This document shows positions 36,406 to 46,995 of a DNA stretch of 64,000 nt, piece by piece. The translations under genes were made by a program, and so were the position numbers. The notes beneath the pieces were generated by a model that worked only from the letters and a program-made list of their open reading frames with translations, was not told where the DNA came from and made no database searches. Numbering within the stretch: position 1 is the stretch's first letter; each line of letters starts with the position of its first letter. The stretch spans positions 1,743,487 through 1,807,486 of the forward strand of contig JBNZDD010013687.1 of the NCBI GenBank assembly GCA_050575255.1. The letters are read 5' to 3'. The stretch is from Harriotta raleighana. Taxonomy: Eukaryota.

Positions 36406-37965
36406 GTATTCCAGTATAAAGCAGAGAAGTGTACATGATTATTTGTTTCCAGTGGTTGGTGGGGAGCAATCTTTCTGTGAAACGTTAATGCTGTATTTTA
36501 GTCCTTAACGGTGATGAAAATTGGTACTGGACACCAGTACATATCTCTGAACATTTGGTCTTCATTAGCTTTGAAAATTATATTTACTGTGATCTCCCGT
36601 ATTAGTTTATATTGTAAGGGCACAGTACATTTTCAAATCAACAGTTTTTTTCAAAAAAAACTTACTGAGTACCTACGAGCAGGAATATTAACGTGAAGTC
36701 TTCTCTGAACTCCCTTCGCTGGTCAGCACTTATTTCTTTGTTCCTGGACTTGGGCTATGATGAGCTTGACACAGGAGCTGTGTTAGAGCAGCCTGGCATG
36801 GCTTGTCATGGTTTGCTAGCTGGACCTTTCTCTCCAAAGTATCTGTCTGTGATGGTGAAGATTGAGACTCATTGATGAACCTTCAAGAAAACCCCATAGT
36901 CTACCACTGTAGAATAGTGTCAGTGCTCTTTTTGAGAGCCATTTTGAAATTCCAAGTCAGAACAACTAAGGAAGACATTGCTTGTGATTTTTTGGTTCAG
37001 AGTAGACCACAATCACAGCTATTTTTGTTTCACTATTCCGTACTGTATTCCCACAAATGAGGCAATGAAGTGAACATATGCCCACAACTCCTGAATTTTT
37101 GCAATAGTTTACCCATTGATAACAGAAGTAAAAATATCTCACTGAATGCCAGGCCAGTCATGTATTTATATCATTGTAATGGTGCTGAAACACTGAGTTG
37201 TATTCTAATACTAACTTGCAACTCTTATGGTCTTTGGAATCTTTGTAGTATTACAATCTAGTAGAAATGTAGCTTTTTATCTTGCTTTGGAACCAATTCA
37301 CGTATTATTTTGCTTTTTATTGTAATACAAAAAGCAACCAGGAAATAGATAATTGGTTGAGGTATGACAACCATTAACAAGATCAATTTGATTCAGGATT
37401 ATTAAAGTAAGCAATGCCATCAAACCAATTAATAAATGTAGTGCTACAGCTTTATCTTTCCTGCAAATGCCTATATGAGAAGCCTTGTGAAGAGTCTCAA
37501 GCAGCAAGCTTATTTTATATTCCACTGTGCATAGTTCAATTTTAAGTAATGCAGTATTATACATTAAAATGCTTAATAGAATGGAGATTTCATAGAGTAG
37601 AAATGTAACTAAAATAATCCACATTTATTCAAGATGCCCAGGGGAATTTTTTAAATTTTCCACTAGGTCAGAGTTTTACTGATCTTTCCACAGATGACGG
37701 AGATTCTTGGCTGAGTTTTAGATCTGCATTAAGCTTTTGTAATCCTGCTTCAGGCAGTAGCAGTGAAGTTAAACAATCACTGATTGACTTTTATTAGCTC
37801 TGATTTTTCAGCCTGATAGGCTCAGGCATGTAACTTGATGGACAGGCTTTTGTCATCCGTCCAAGTGAAAGCCTTTGTAGCTGTCAGACACGGGGAAAAA
37901 GGTTAAAATCATCTTGTTTGGAGTTTGCTTATATGTTTTGCTGATGTTTGTTGTCTTTGTAACAG

Positions 37966-38001
37966 CATCCTGCCAGCTTCTGACTGCACAAAAAGAGATA
38001 G
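37966..38001 (+). other. Candidate 36-nt cassette exon (stop codon in phase 0; open in phases 1 and 2)
   Basis: A CTGAT branch-like motif and a T-rich tract end in TTTGTAACAG|, then 36 nt, then TAG|GTATTT. Phase 1 reads SCQLLTAQKEI, phase 2 reads ILPASDCTKRD, and phase 0 reads HPASF*. Confidence 0.25.
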
Positions 38002-38760
38002 GTATTTGTATTACTTGATTGCTTAACATTATTTTCCAATCAAATTGTCTTGACTGTGGAAATTACATTTTAGCTGTGGGGGTTTTTTCCCCCTCTCTAT
38101 TAGTTAAGAAAAATTATTTCAGTATTGATGTGCTAAATTGCAAATAAAATAAAGTAGATAGGTTTAATTTGCTCATGGTGCAATATCCATATGTATAGGA
38201 CTTTGTGAACTACATTTTTAATACTGTGATTTGTAGTGTATCTTAGTTCTCAGTTCATGCTGAAGTTGACTCGTATGTTCAGCATTCAGTGGGAAATCTG
38301 TGGTGAGTGACTGGATTAGCAAACATTGTACAGTACTTCTCTGAATTTGATGTTATGTTACTCAGTAGAAATGCTCACTACAAAACAGTTAATGCTGCAT
38401 CAATTCATACTTTTTTTTTAAACAAAGGGTTGAATAACCCTAGGTGCCAGGGAGTGTAAAATAGGTTTTGAAGGATACAGGGAAAGAAGCTCAGGGAGCA
38501 AGAGATGGAAGAATGGTCTTAATACTAAAGATGAGGAGCCAATGTTAGGGGTGGGGGGGGGGGGGATAGTAGGGTTTGGTTGACTTTGGAGGTTTGTGCA
38601 ATATCCATGCTGATGGGTTCATTGATATCTGAGGAATTAGTTGGCTTGATGGACTATATAGCTCTTTTGTTCATTCCAGGTTTTATTTTGTGCCAACAAT
38701 GCTTTTTCTGTTGGTTTAATTCAAGCATTTTTAAGTTAGTTTAAATAACTAATACATAAT

Positions 38761-39051
38761 GGAGTCCTGTAGCTCAGTAGTTAGAGCACTTGCCTTACAA
38801 GCAAGAGACCCGAGTTCAGTTCCAGGCAGGGTGAAACCTTGGGCAAGTTTCCTTACTCCACACACCTAATAGTAATCCCTCAAAAAAAAATCCACAAATG
38901 TTTGTGGGACACTGCTGTGAGCAATTGGCTGCCACGTTTCTCCCACATACATACAGTCAATTCCCTTTACAGTATATTCTGTGAAGCACTTTGAGATATC
39001 CAGAAGATGTGAAAAGCACTACTGTATATCAAATGCAAGGATTATTATTAT
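38761..39051 (+). mobile_element. Full-length tRNA(Val-like)-headed SINE with L2 tail
   Basis: GGAGTCCTGTAGCTCAGTAGTTAGAGCA (A-box), a CTTACAA loop, GAGTTCAGTTCC (B-box-like), the family body and a TGCAAGGATTATTATT tail. Confidence 0.93.
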
Positions 39052-39859
39052 ATAATATCTAATGCAATATCATACCAAATTCATAATTTACCTTGTGCTA
39101 ATAACTGTATAAATTAGTTCATGTTGTCTGAAAGAAAAAGTTGACATTGATTTTAAGCAATGCTGGAATAAGGCACACAGCAAATCTTCTATATGTGATA
39201 AATATAGAAAGGTTTTAATTCTGTCCCCTCACCATTTTGAGGCAAAAATTATTTATAGGCATTTAGCTGTTTATCTGCTTGCAGATGTACTGTAGTTTCT
39301 GAAAATAAGCCCTAATGTAATCTAATGTGTTTTTTTAATATTTTTAATTCACGTCTGTCCTGTTTCTTTGCCCATTTTCTTTTCAAACCACATTAACCAC
39401 TTTAAATGGCATGCCTTTCTGGCTGCCATCCAATTCATTAATGCATCATTAGAACTGTGCTTATTAGGTAACATATTTGCTAATTAATTATACATTTATT
39501 GAACTAATAACAAACCTACTCTCCTTTTCGTTCTATTCCCCCCACACCCACCACCCCCCCTACTTTTGGGTCCATTCAGGAGTGAATTTTGCCATGTGTA
39601 GCGTTGGTAACCTTGAAACCACAAAGGGAGGTTAATGGCAACATCTGTTCTGATGCCATCTTTGATGATGAATTGCACATTAGCTGAGGATTGCCTCATT
39701 TCAAATCAGAAAAATGAGGCACCTGTGAAAGGCATTGACCATGGTTTTATAAATTTTAGGTACATTTTGTACCAAACACTGGCATCGCAAATAGTAAATG
39801 ATAGATTGCTTCTCGGGCCAGAAAGCAGCGAACCCAGTGCATCTGAGCCATAGCTTTAA

Positions 39860-40120
39860 TGAGATCTGGACAAGATCAAGGGGACACAGACTCGAACTCA
39901 GATGAGAGAAGGCGAATAGACAGATCGTTTCAGATTTAATTATTTTACACGGAACACAGTGTATATGTGGAATGGACCACCCGGGGAGGTGGCATAAGGC
40001 AGATTGTGTTGTCAAATTCAAGACAAAATAGATAGCTATTTGGCGAAGAATTCGATTGAGGCGTATCAGAGTAATGTGGGCTTGTTTTGTCTGACTATTT
40101 TGGGACTGACCAAATGGATG
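39860..40120 (+). mobile_element. CR1 LINE 3' fragment
   Basis: RSRGHRLEL...YF...TVYMWNG.PGEV..ADCVVKFKTK.DSYL, the CR1 ORF2 C-terminal pattern, with frameshifts. Confidence 0.7.
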
Positions 40121-40404
40121 GCAATGACATACACAAAATCCTGAAAAGGAAAAGCCTGGGAAAATACATTGTTTAGCAAGAGAAGACACTGGATGGAAGC
40201 ATCCTGGTAATTCATATCTAGGACTTTGGGTTCAATCCAGCCACTGTTGGTATAAAAGTCTTCTCTTTCTGTTGGCAATAGCTGTTTGGAAACCATCAAT
40301 TTAGCCCCTATTATTAATATGCATCTTTGCACACCATAGCAAAATAATTTATCCTGATATTAGATGTCCAAATACAGAAACATATTAATTTGCTTCCTAT
40401 ACAG

Positions 40405-40465
40405 TATGCTTGGGACGTCTTCCTGACATGAAAGGGGATTATACAAGTGTAATTTTGTTGTTGCT
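40405..40465 (+). mobile_element. Minimal L2-type 3' tail
   Basis: GCTTGGGACGTCTTCCTGACATGAAAGGGGATTATACAAGTGTAATTTTGTTGTTG. Confidence 0.7.
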
Positions 40466-42798
40466 CTAACTCTGTTACAGATGGCAGTTTATGTAATGCA
40501 ACCAGAATGGCGCAAAACCTTGTTCTTCTAAGGGGTTAATGCTGCTCTACAAAATGGAGCAGAAAAACAGCAATACAATAACTAAGTTCACCTGAGCCTC
40601 ATCTTGTACTCATGCCAGATAATAATAAGATTTGGAGCCACCATGTACATAACCGATGAAACATTTTAATTTTAAATTCAAATCTAAGTAGCAAACTGCC
40701 TCTTGTTTTCAGCTGGTATACTCAGGATCTGGAAAGTCGAATGTTCATTATGTTTGCATAAGCAGTGGGTACGGCAATGTGGCTATTTCTTCCCCCATTC
40801 CCTCCACCACACCCACCTCGCACCCCATCCTTTCTGAATCAATCATGAGAATTCTTCCAAAAAGGTCCCCAAAAAAGAAGCTGTCAAGATCTTTACAGAA
40901 ATTATTGATCCTGTCATGCAAGTGTAATAGAAAAGATACATGGACTGGGAGAGTAAGGGATTATCTGGCCTCATTGTGGAAATTTGATAAAAACCTAGAA
41001 ACACAGTGCTATCAACAGTGGACCATGTTAAAGTGACCAATGTTGGCTTCCAAGAGATTTCATTTACATTTAATACAGTAGTTATCGTAAATGCATTTCT
41101 TGATGCTTGCAACAATCACCGAGCCAAATGACTTGGAATATTTACTGAACTTTCTTGACAAGCATATAATTATACTACTTGAGCATGTTTACTTGAGTAT
41201 TGAGTTCTGTTTGTGGCTCGAAGCCATGCATGTAGTGAAAGCTGACTTTTCATTGTGTCACTTGATGTCATGTACAGCTGGAACTCATAACTTTGAATCA
41301 TGCATCAAGCATTTTCTCAAAAGAAAAGAAGGTCTTCTGAAAAGAAGGTGGTTTGGTAATTTAGCATGAAGGTCTGAGATGGTTGTATAAACTATTAAAC
41401 CCCTGGGCAAATGTAGAGTGTTAACAACTGTGAGCTGCACCATAATACCACTATTTAATTACCAGTGAGAAGTCTGGTTTGTTGTTCATACAGCCCTTCT
41501 GCAATCTTTCAGCAATCTGCTACTTACACCAAAACTCTTATGGAACGTCTTGATATTATGAAAGGAGTAATTGACTTGCATTAGTATAAATTTGCTGTTA
41601 TATTATTTTACAATAGGGTGCCTATGAATAATAGGATTGAAATTTTTTTTGTCATAAAGAGTTGAGCTTTTTCCAAATTCCAGAATTAATGCATGTACCA
41701 AAATCAACTGGATATAGCTTTCAAAAGTTATTGAAGCAGCATTTAAAGTTTTATTTGTAGAATGATTAAATTCACCAATAGCTGACACATTTATGAGGTC
41801 ATAAATGGCTCCAAACCACAGAGCAAATTATGAATTCATGGATTGAAACATTCTTGAGGGTTTAGGTGATATCTTTGCAGCATAATCTTGGCAGCTTCAA
41901 CTTTGAGAGAATTGTGTACATCAAAAATGAATTACAGAATAGTCTAATTGATGGATACTAATGATGCCATAAACTAAATCAACACTTTTGAACGTGGGTT
42001 AAGCCTTAAGACCTAACTGGAGCTTTGAGGTAGTAATTTTTTGTGTTGATTTTTATTAAATCTTTTCACAAGCATTAGAAATAAACAGCAACAATATATA
42101 CCTTGACATATCTAAACCAAATGCAACTGAGAACACTTGTGTTCTTGGCATTACCTTGCTTCAAACCTTCCATGTTATGGGTGCTAATGGAATTTTTATT
42201 TCAAGCTATGATCTTGGCTTCCAGAGCTCTTGTTCTCCCTCATCCTGTTCTGTATACTGTGAATAACTTTTCTTCAGGTAATTATCTTTCCTTTCTCCCC
42301 TATCTCCTACATGGGATCTTTAACATCAAACTGAACAGGCAGTTTCTCCAGTTTAACATCTTGATCGAAGAACAACATCTCCAACAATACCACAAGTACT
42401 GCATTGGAATATAGTGGAGTAGAAGAAAACGTTTCTATGAGATATTATAATCAGAATTATGGTTGATTCTGTTAAAATGCATGCTGTTTCTTTAAAGCCT
42501 GTTTTCTTTTCCTTTGTGAATTTGTCAGTTTGAAACTGCAACGTTAGTATTCTGTCAAGATCCAACAAAATCTCTGATACTAAGATTATCTTCAGCAAGA
42601 CGCAGCTGCCAGGGATGAAAAATAGACAAACTAGTAAGAATGAGCTCAGAGTTCAAGTATCTCATTGTTGCATGAGCTTCTTGATCTAAGGGAGGAGCAC
42701 AAAGGATCGGCAGAAACTCAGTCATATATCCAACAAATGCCTCGACCCTGTTAGAATATTTCTATAATGCTGAGCTACTTTTGAAAATGAGGTTGAGC

Positions 42799-43233
42799 AT
42801 AATCCTTGCATTTGATATAGAAGCTCATCGTGTTATTGAATTGTCTCAAAACACTTCGCAGGATTTTACTCCAAAGTGCGCTAACTATATTTGGAGGCAA
42901 ATGTCACAGCCAAATGTGGCAGCCAATTTGAAAAACCAATATCGCTACAAACAGACATATACAGTCAACCACCAATTTTACCCTTATGATTGTTGGGCCG
43001 TATTCCAGGAGAAACTCCCTTTTCTTTATGAAGAGTGATGTGAAATCCTGAACAGCCATGCAAAAACTGAGTTTAACATCTCATCCCAAGCACAGCACTT
43101 CTGACAGTGCAGCATTGGAGCATCAGCCTTCACTGAGTGCAGAGTCCTGACTCATGGCTTGAAATCTTATGTCCAATAAAACACTCATTGCACCCAAAGA
43201 CAAGAGTGCTACCAATTCAGCCAAGCTAATACC
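42799..43233 (-). mobile_element. Near full-length old DeuSINE (SacSINE1/AmnSINE-type)
   Basis: Tail AATCCTTGCATTTGATATAG, GGCAGCCAATTTG, the reverse Deu domain (CCAGGAGAAACTCCC...GTTTAACATCTCATCC..AG..CAGCACTTCTGACAGTGCAGCA) and a tRNA head (GAGTGCTACCAATTCAGCCA). Confidence 0.75.
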
Positions 43234-43814
43234 TAATTTTGCGCTGTGTACATACAGAAAATCCATTTCACCTTTCAGCTGGCAGCTGATTGACTACCAT
43301 GCTATTTTGGCGGGTCCAAAGAGTATAATAATGTGTCTGTATTAATATAACCTATGTATTTGGAAAAGGCAAAAGCTGATCTTACATTGGTGAATCAACG
43401 TCAATCACTTTAATGGAAATGTGCAGTGGATTAACTGGAGGCCACGTACCAAGAATAATTAGCAACACATTATTTGACAGAATATTTGAGCTATATTTTC
43501 TGCAGTTACATAGGAGCCCACTTAATTACTCCCAGAGACAGTGTGTTTGTGACCGGAGGAGCATACCCTGCAAAGGAGAAGTATTATAAATCCTGTGGAA
43601 TCAGCCTAGAAGTCATCCACCTGAACAGAAAAGACGTTGTTGTTGGTCCACTAGGCCTCTCACTGAGTACATATCAACTGGCCCTTGTGATGCCAGAGGA
43701 GTGTTTTATTGGACATATGCCAGTGCTCACAGGCAGAAATGGCACTATTCAGGAAGGAAGGTAACTCTACAGGTAGCAAATCTTCCGATGCTTAGCTGAG
43801 GCCAAACATTTGAA

Positions 43815-43980
43815 CAGCCCCAATGGTGTAGTTTACGGAGTGAAAGCTCACTGGTTTGAATCCCAGTCTGTGCTGATCGCAGCTGGGGCTTTAGAGAACG
43901 GTTAAATTGGTGGTTGCCTTCACCAAGATTATGGAGGGAAAAACCAGCCAGGGTTCCTGCTTCTAGTCCTTCTCCTGGGT
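43815..43980 (+). mobile_element. Old tRNA-derived SINE, UCON3-like family, 5' part
   Basis: GGTTTGAATCCCAGTCTGTGCTGATCGCAGCTGGGG...GGAGGGAAAAACCAGCCAGGGTTCCTGCT. The family name is from memory. Confidence 0.5.
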
Positions 43981-46559
43981 ATAGGGAAATACTTCCCTAT
44001 TTTAAATGTAAAATTCAAATGTCAGGAGCAATCAATGCCTCATGCATACCTGTATGAAATCACTATGCTGTACATATCATTTAGAACTAATGATTAAATC
44101 ATGATCTTATTATGACACTGAAGAAACATTATTTTTGCCCACCACAGATGAGCAGGAGCAATTGACTTCTAGTTTATGTCCCTTCATTTTCGTGCAACCT
44201 TTGTAACCACCCTTCTCCTGCACTTCAGTGAAGATAAATTGAAATTAAAGTGTTTAAAGCATTGGAAAATAGCATGGAAGTATCAAACTTATCTGGGCCA
44301 TGGAAAATAATGGTTAAGCAAAAGGAGAAAATGAATTTAAACAGGCTTTGTACAACATTTCAACTTTTTGTTGGCCAGTGGACCTTTGCAATGTATTGTC
44401 AGTATCCCAAACAAAACACTGCTACTTTTTATCGTGACCTGTAGTCCTGATTTTTGTTCTTGTGCACAGCCAGTCCACCTCAGTTACAGCCTGTATCAGA
44501 GTCACCCCTCTTCTGGCCTTTAGCTCAGCCGCTTGCTTCCCATTGGCCGTCTCCGCATTGCAGCTTCGTGCATTGCCTATGTTTTGCCTCTGTTCTCAAC
44601 ATCGTAGTTGACAGCGGCATTCCATTTGTCAGCCCATGTACTGTCTTTTTAATGATAAGGTCCTGCCATTTGATGCCGAAGGTCTTTCCCAAGTACTTAG
44701 CATCAAACTGTCAATGGGCTTTAATATTTTATCTTTTCCCATTCTGGCTACATGGCGAGCCCATTTGATGTGTCTGTGCCACACTACAGTTGAAAGTCTG
44801 ATTATTTTGTCCGACTTCTGCGCCATCTCATTAGTGATGAGGTCCTGCCACTTGGTGCTGAAGATGCTTCTCAAGCACTTAATATCAAAACTGTCTATCT
44901 TCTTTAATATTTCAGTCATGGTCCAGCTTTCTGCTCCGTGCATTCCAACCAACTGAACTGTAGTAATGTAAAATGACGACCTGTTGCATTCCACAATGAG
45001 AATTAACGACAATATTCATATAATAATAATAATCCTTGCATTTGATATTGCACTTTTCATGTCTTCTAGACACCTCAAAGGACTTCACAGAATATACTGT
45101 GAAGTGAATTGACTGTATATTTATGGGCGAAACGCGGCAGCCAATTACACACAGCAGCATCCCACAAAGTCGTGGATTGAAATGACCAATACATTATTTG
45201 TTTTGAAAGAACATTATTCNAGCTGGGGCTTTAGAGAACGGTTAAATTGGTGGTTGCCTTCACCAAGATTATGGAGGGAAAAACCAGCCAGGGTTCCTGC
45301 TTCTAGTCCTTCTCCTGGGTATAGGGAAATACTTCCCTATTTTAAATGTAAAATTCAAATGTCAGGAGCAATCAATGCCTCATGCATACCTGTATGAAAT
45401 CACTATGCTGTACATATCATTTAGAACTAATGATTAAATCATGATCTTATTATGACACTGAAGAAACATTATTTTTGCCCACCACAGATGAGCAGGAGCA
45501 ATTGACTTCTAGTTTATGTCCCTTCATTTTCGTGCAACCTTTGTAACCACCCTTCTCCTGCACTTCAGTGAAGATAAATTGAAATTAAAGTGTTTAAAGC
45601 ATTGGAAAATAGCATGGAAGTATCAAACTTATCTGGGCCATGGAAAATAATGGTTAAGCAAAAGGAGAAAATGAATTTAAACAGGCTTTGTACAACATTT
45701 CAACTTTTTGTTGGCCAGTGGACCTTTGCAATGTATTGTCAGTATCCCAAACAAAACACTGCTACTTTTTATCGTGACCTGTAGTCCTGATTTTTGTTCT
45801 TGTGCACAGCCAGTCCACCTCAGTTACAGCCTGTATCAGAGTCACCCCTCTTCTGGCCTTTAGCTCAGCCGCTTGCTTCCCATTGGCCGTCTCCGCATTG
45901 CAGCTTCGTGCATTGCCTATGTTTTGCCTCTGTTCTCAACATCGTAGTTGACAGCGGCATTCCATTTGTCAGCCCATGTACTGTCTTTTTAATGATAAGG
46001 TCCTGCCATTTGATGCCGAAGGTCTTTCCCAAGTACTTAGCATCAAACTGTCAATGGGCTTTAATATTTTATCTTTTCCCATTCTGGCTACATGGCGAGC
46101 CCATTTGATGTGTCTGTGCCACACTACAGTTGAAAGTCTGATTATTTTGTCCGACTTCTGCGCCATCTCATTAGTGATGAGGTCCTGCCACTTGGTGCTG
46201 AAGATGCTTCTCAAGCACTTAATATCAAAACTGTCTATCTTCTTTAATATTTCAGTCATGGTCCAGCTTTCTGCTCCGTGCATTCCAACCAACTGAACTG
46301 TAGTAATGTAAAATGACGACCTGTTGCATTCCACAATGAGAATTAACGACAATATTCATATAATAATAATAATCCTTGCATTTGATATTGCACTTTTCAT
46401 GTCTTCTAGACACCTCAAAGGACTTCACAGAATATACTGTGAAGTGAATTGACTGTATATTTATGGGCGAAACGCGGCAGCCAATTACACACAGCAGCAT
46501 CCCACAAAGTCGTGGATTGAAATGACCAATACATTATTTGTTTTGAAAGAACATTATTC
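43881..46559. other. 1339-bp tandem duplication around a single-N gap (probable assembly artefact)
   Basis: 43881-45219 is repeated at 45221-46559 (offset 1340, identical ORF translations). The N is at 45220, and copy 1 truncates a SINE that copy 2 completes. Confidence 0.9.
44500..44950 (-). mobile_element. RTE-clade LINE ORF2 C-terminal fragment (duplicate at about 45840-46290)
   Basis: HGAESWT...IDSFDIKCLRSIFSTKWQDLITNE...IKWARHVARM..DKILK...RP...KWQD matches the RTE pattern YGAE.W...F...CLR.I..I.W.D...NE...W.GHV.RM. Confidence 0.85.
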
Positions 46560-46665
46560 GGTGTGTGGAGTAAGGAAATTTGCCCACGGTTTTGCCCTGC
46601 CTGGAATCGAACCCAGGTGTCTCGCTTGTCAGGCAAGTGCTTTAACCACTGAGCTACAGGACCCC
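46360..46665 (-). mobile_element. Full-length tRNA-headed SINE (truncated duplicate at 45020-45219)
   Basis: An (AAT)n tail, the family body and a head reading GGAATCGAACCC...TAACCACTGAGCTACAGGACCCC on +. Confidence 0.93.
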
Positions 46666-46669
46666 CCAT

Positions 46670-46995
46670 TAGGCTAACTGGCCTGTAGTTCTGGTTTTAT
46701 GCTTCTGCCCCTTTTTCTACAGAGGAGTAACATTTTCAACCTTCCAGTCCTGTGGCACCACACAGGTGAACAAGGAGGATTGAAGGATTGTGGCCAGAGC
46801 CTCTGTTGTTCCACCCTTACTTCTCTCAGTAACCTAGGATGCATCCCGTCCAGACCGGGTGACTTATTTACCTTGAACATCGTCAACCTTTTAATGATCT
46901 GATCTCGGTTTATCCTTATCTTATTCAGTATTTCTATGCTCTCCTCCGATACTGTGGCATTGGCTGCATCCTCTTCTTTTGAGAAAGTAGATAGA
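46670..46995 (-). mobile_element. CR1 LINE ORF2 fragment (region just before the RT core)
   Basis: FSKEED...I.I...I.KRL..KVNKSPGLDGMHPRLLREVRVE, then after a frameshift AEALATILQSSL.TGVVPQDWKVENVTPL...NYRPVSL. Confidence 0.9.

Noticed and set aside
38761-38830. tRNA-Val(TAC)-like sequences here and at about 46600-46665, 52136-52205, 56295-56362 and 57310-57384
   Set aside because: Each continues into the same SINE body and tail and lacks a proper acceptor stem. They are SINE heads, not tRNA genes.
39701-40189. 162-aa minus-strand ORF, the longest in the window
   Set aside because: It is antisense to a CR1 LINE 3' relic.
43881-46559. LTR pair or CRISPR-like repeat structure
   Set aside because: The copies abut at an N with no internal region, TG..CA ends or PBS. 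No repeat-spacer array exists anywhere in the window, and the sequence is eukaryotic.
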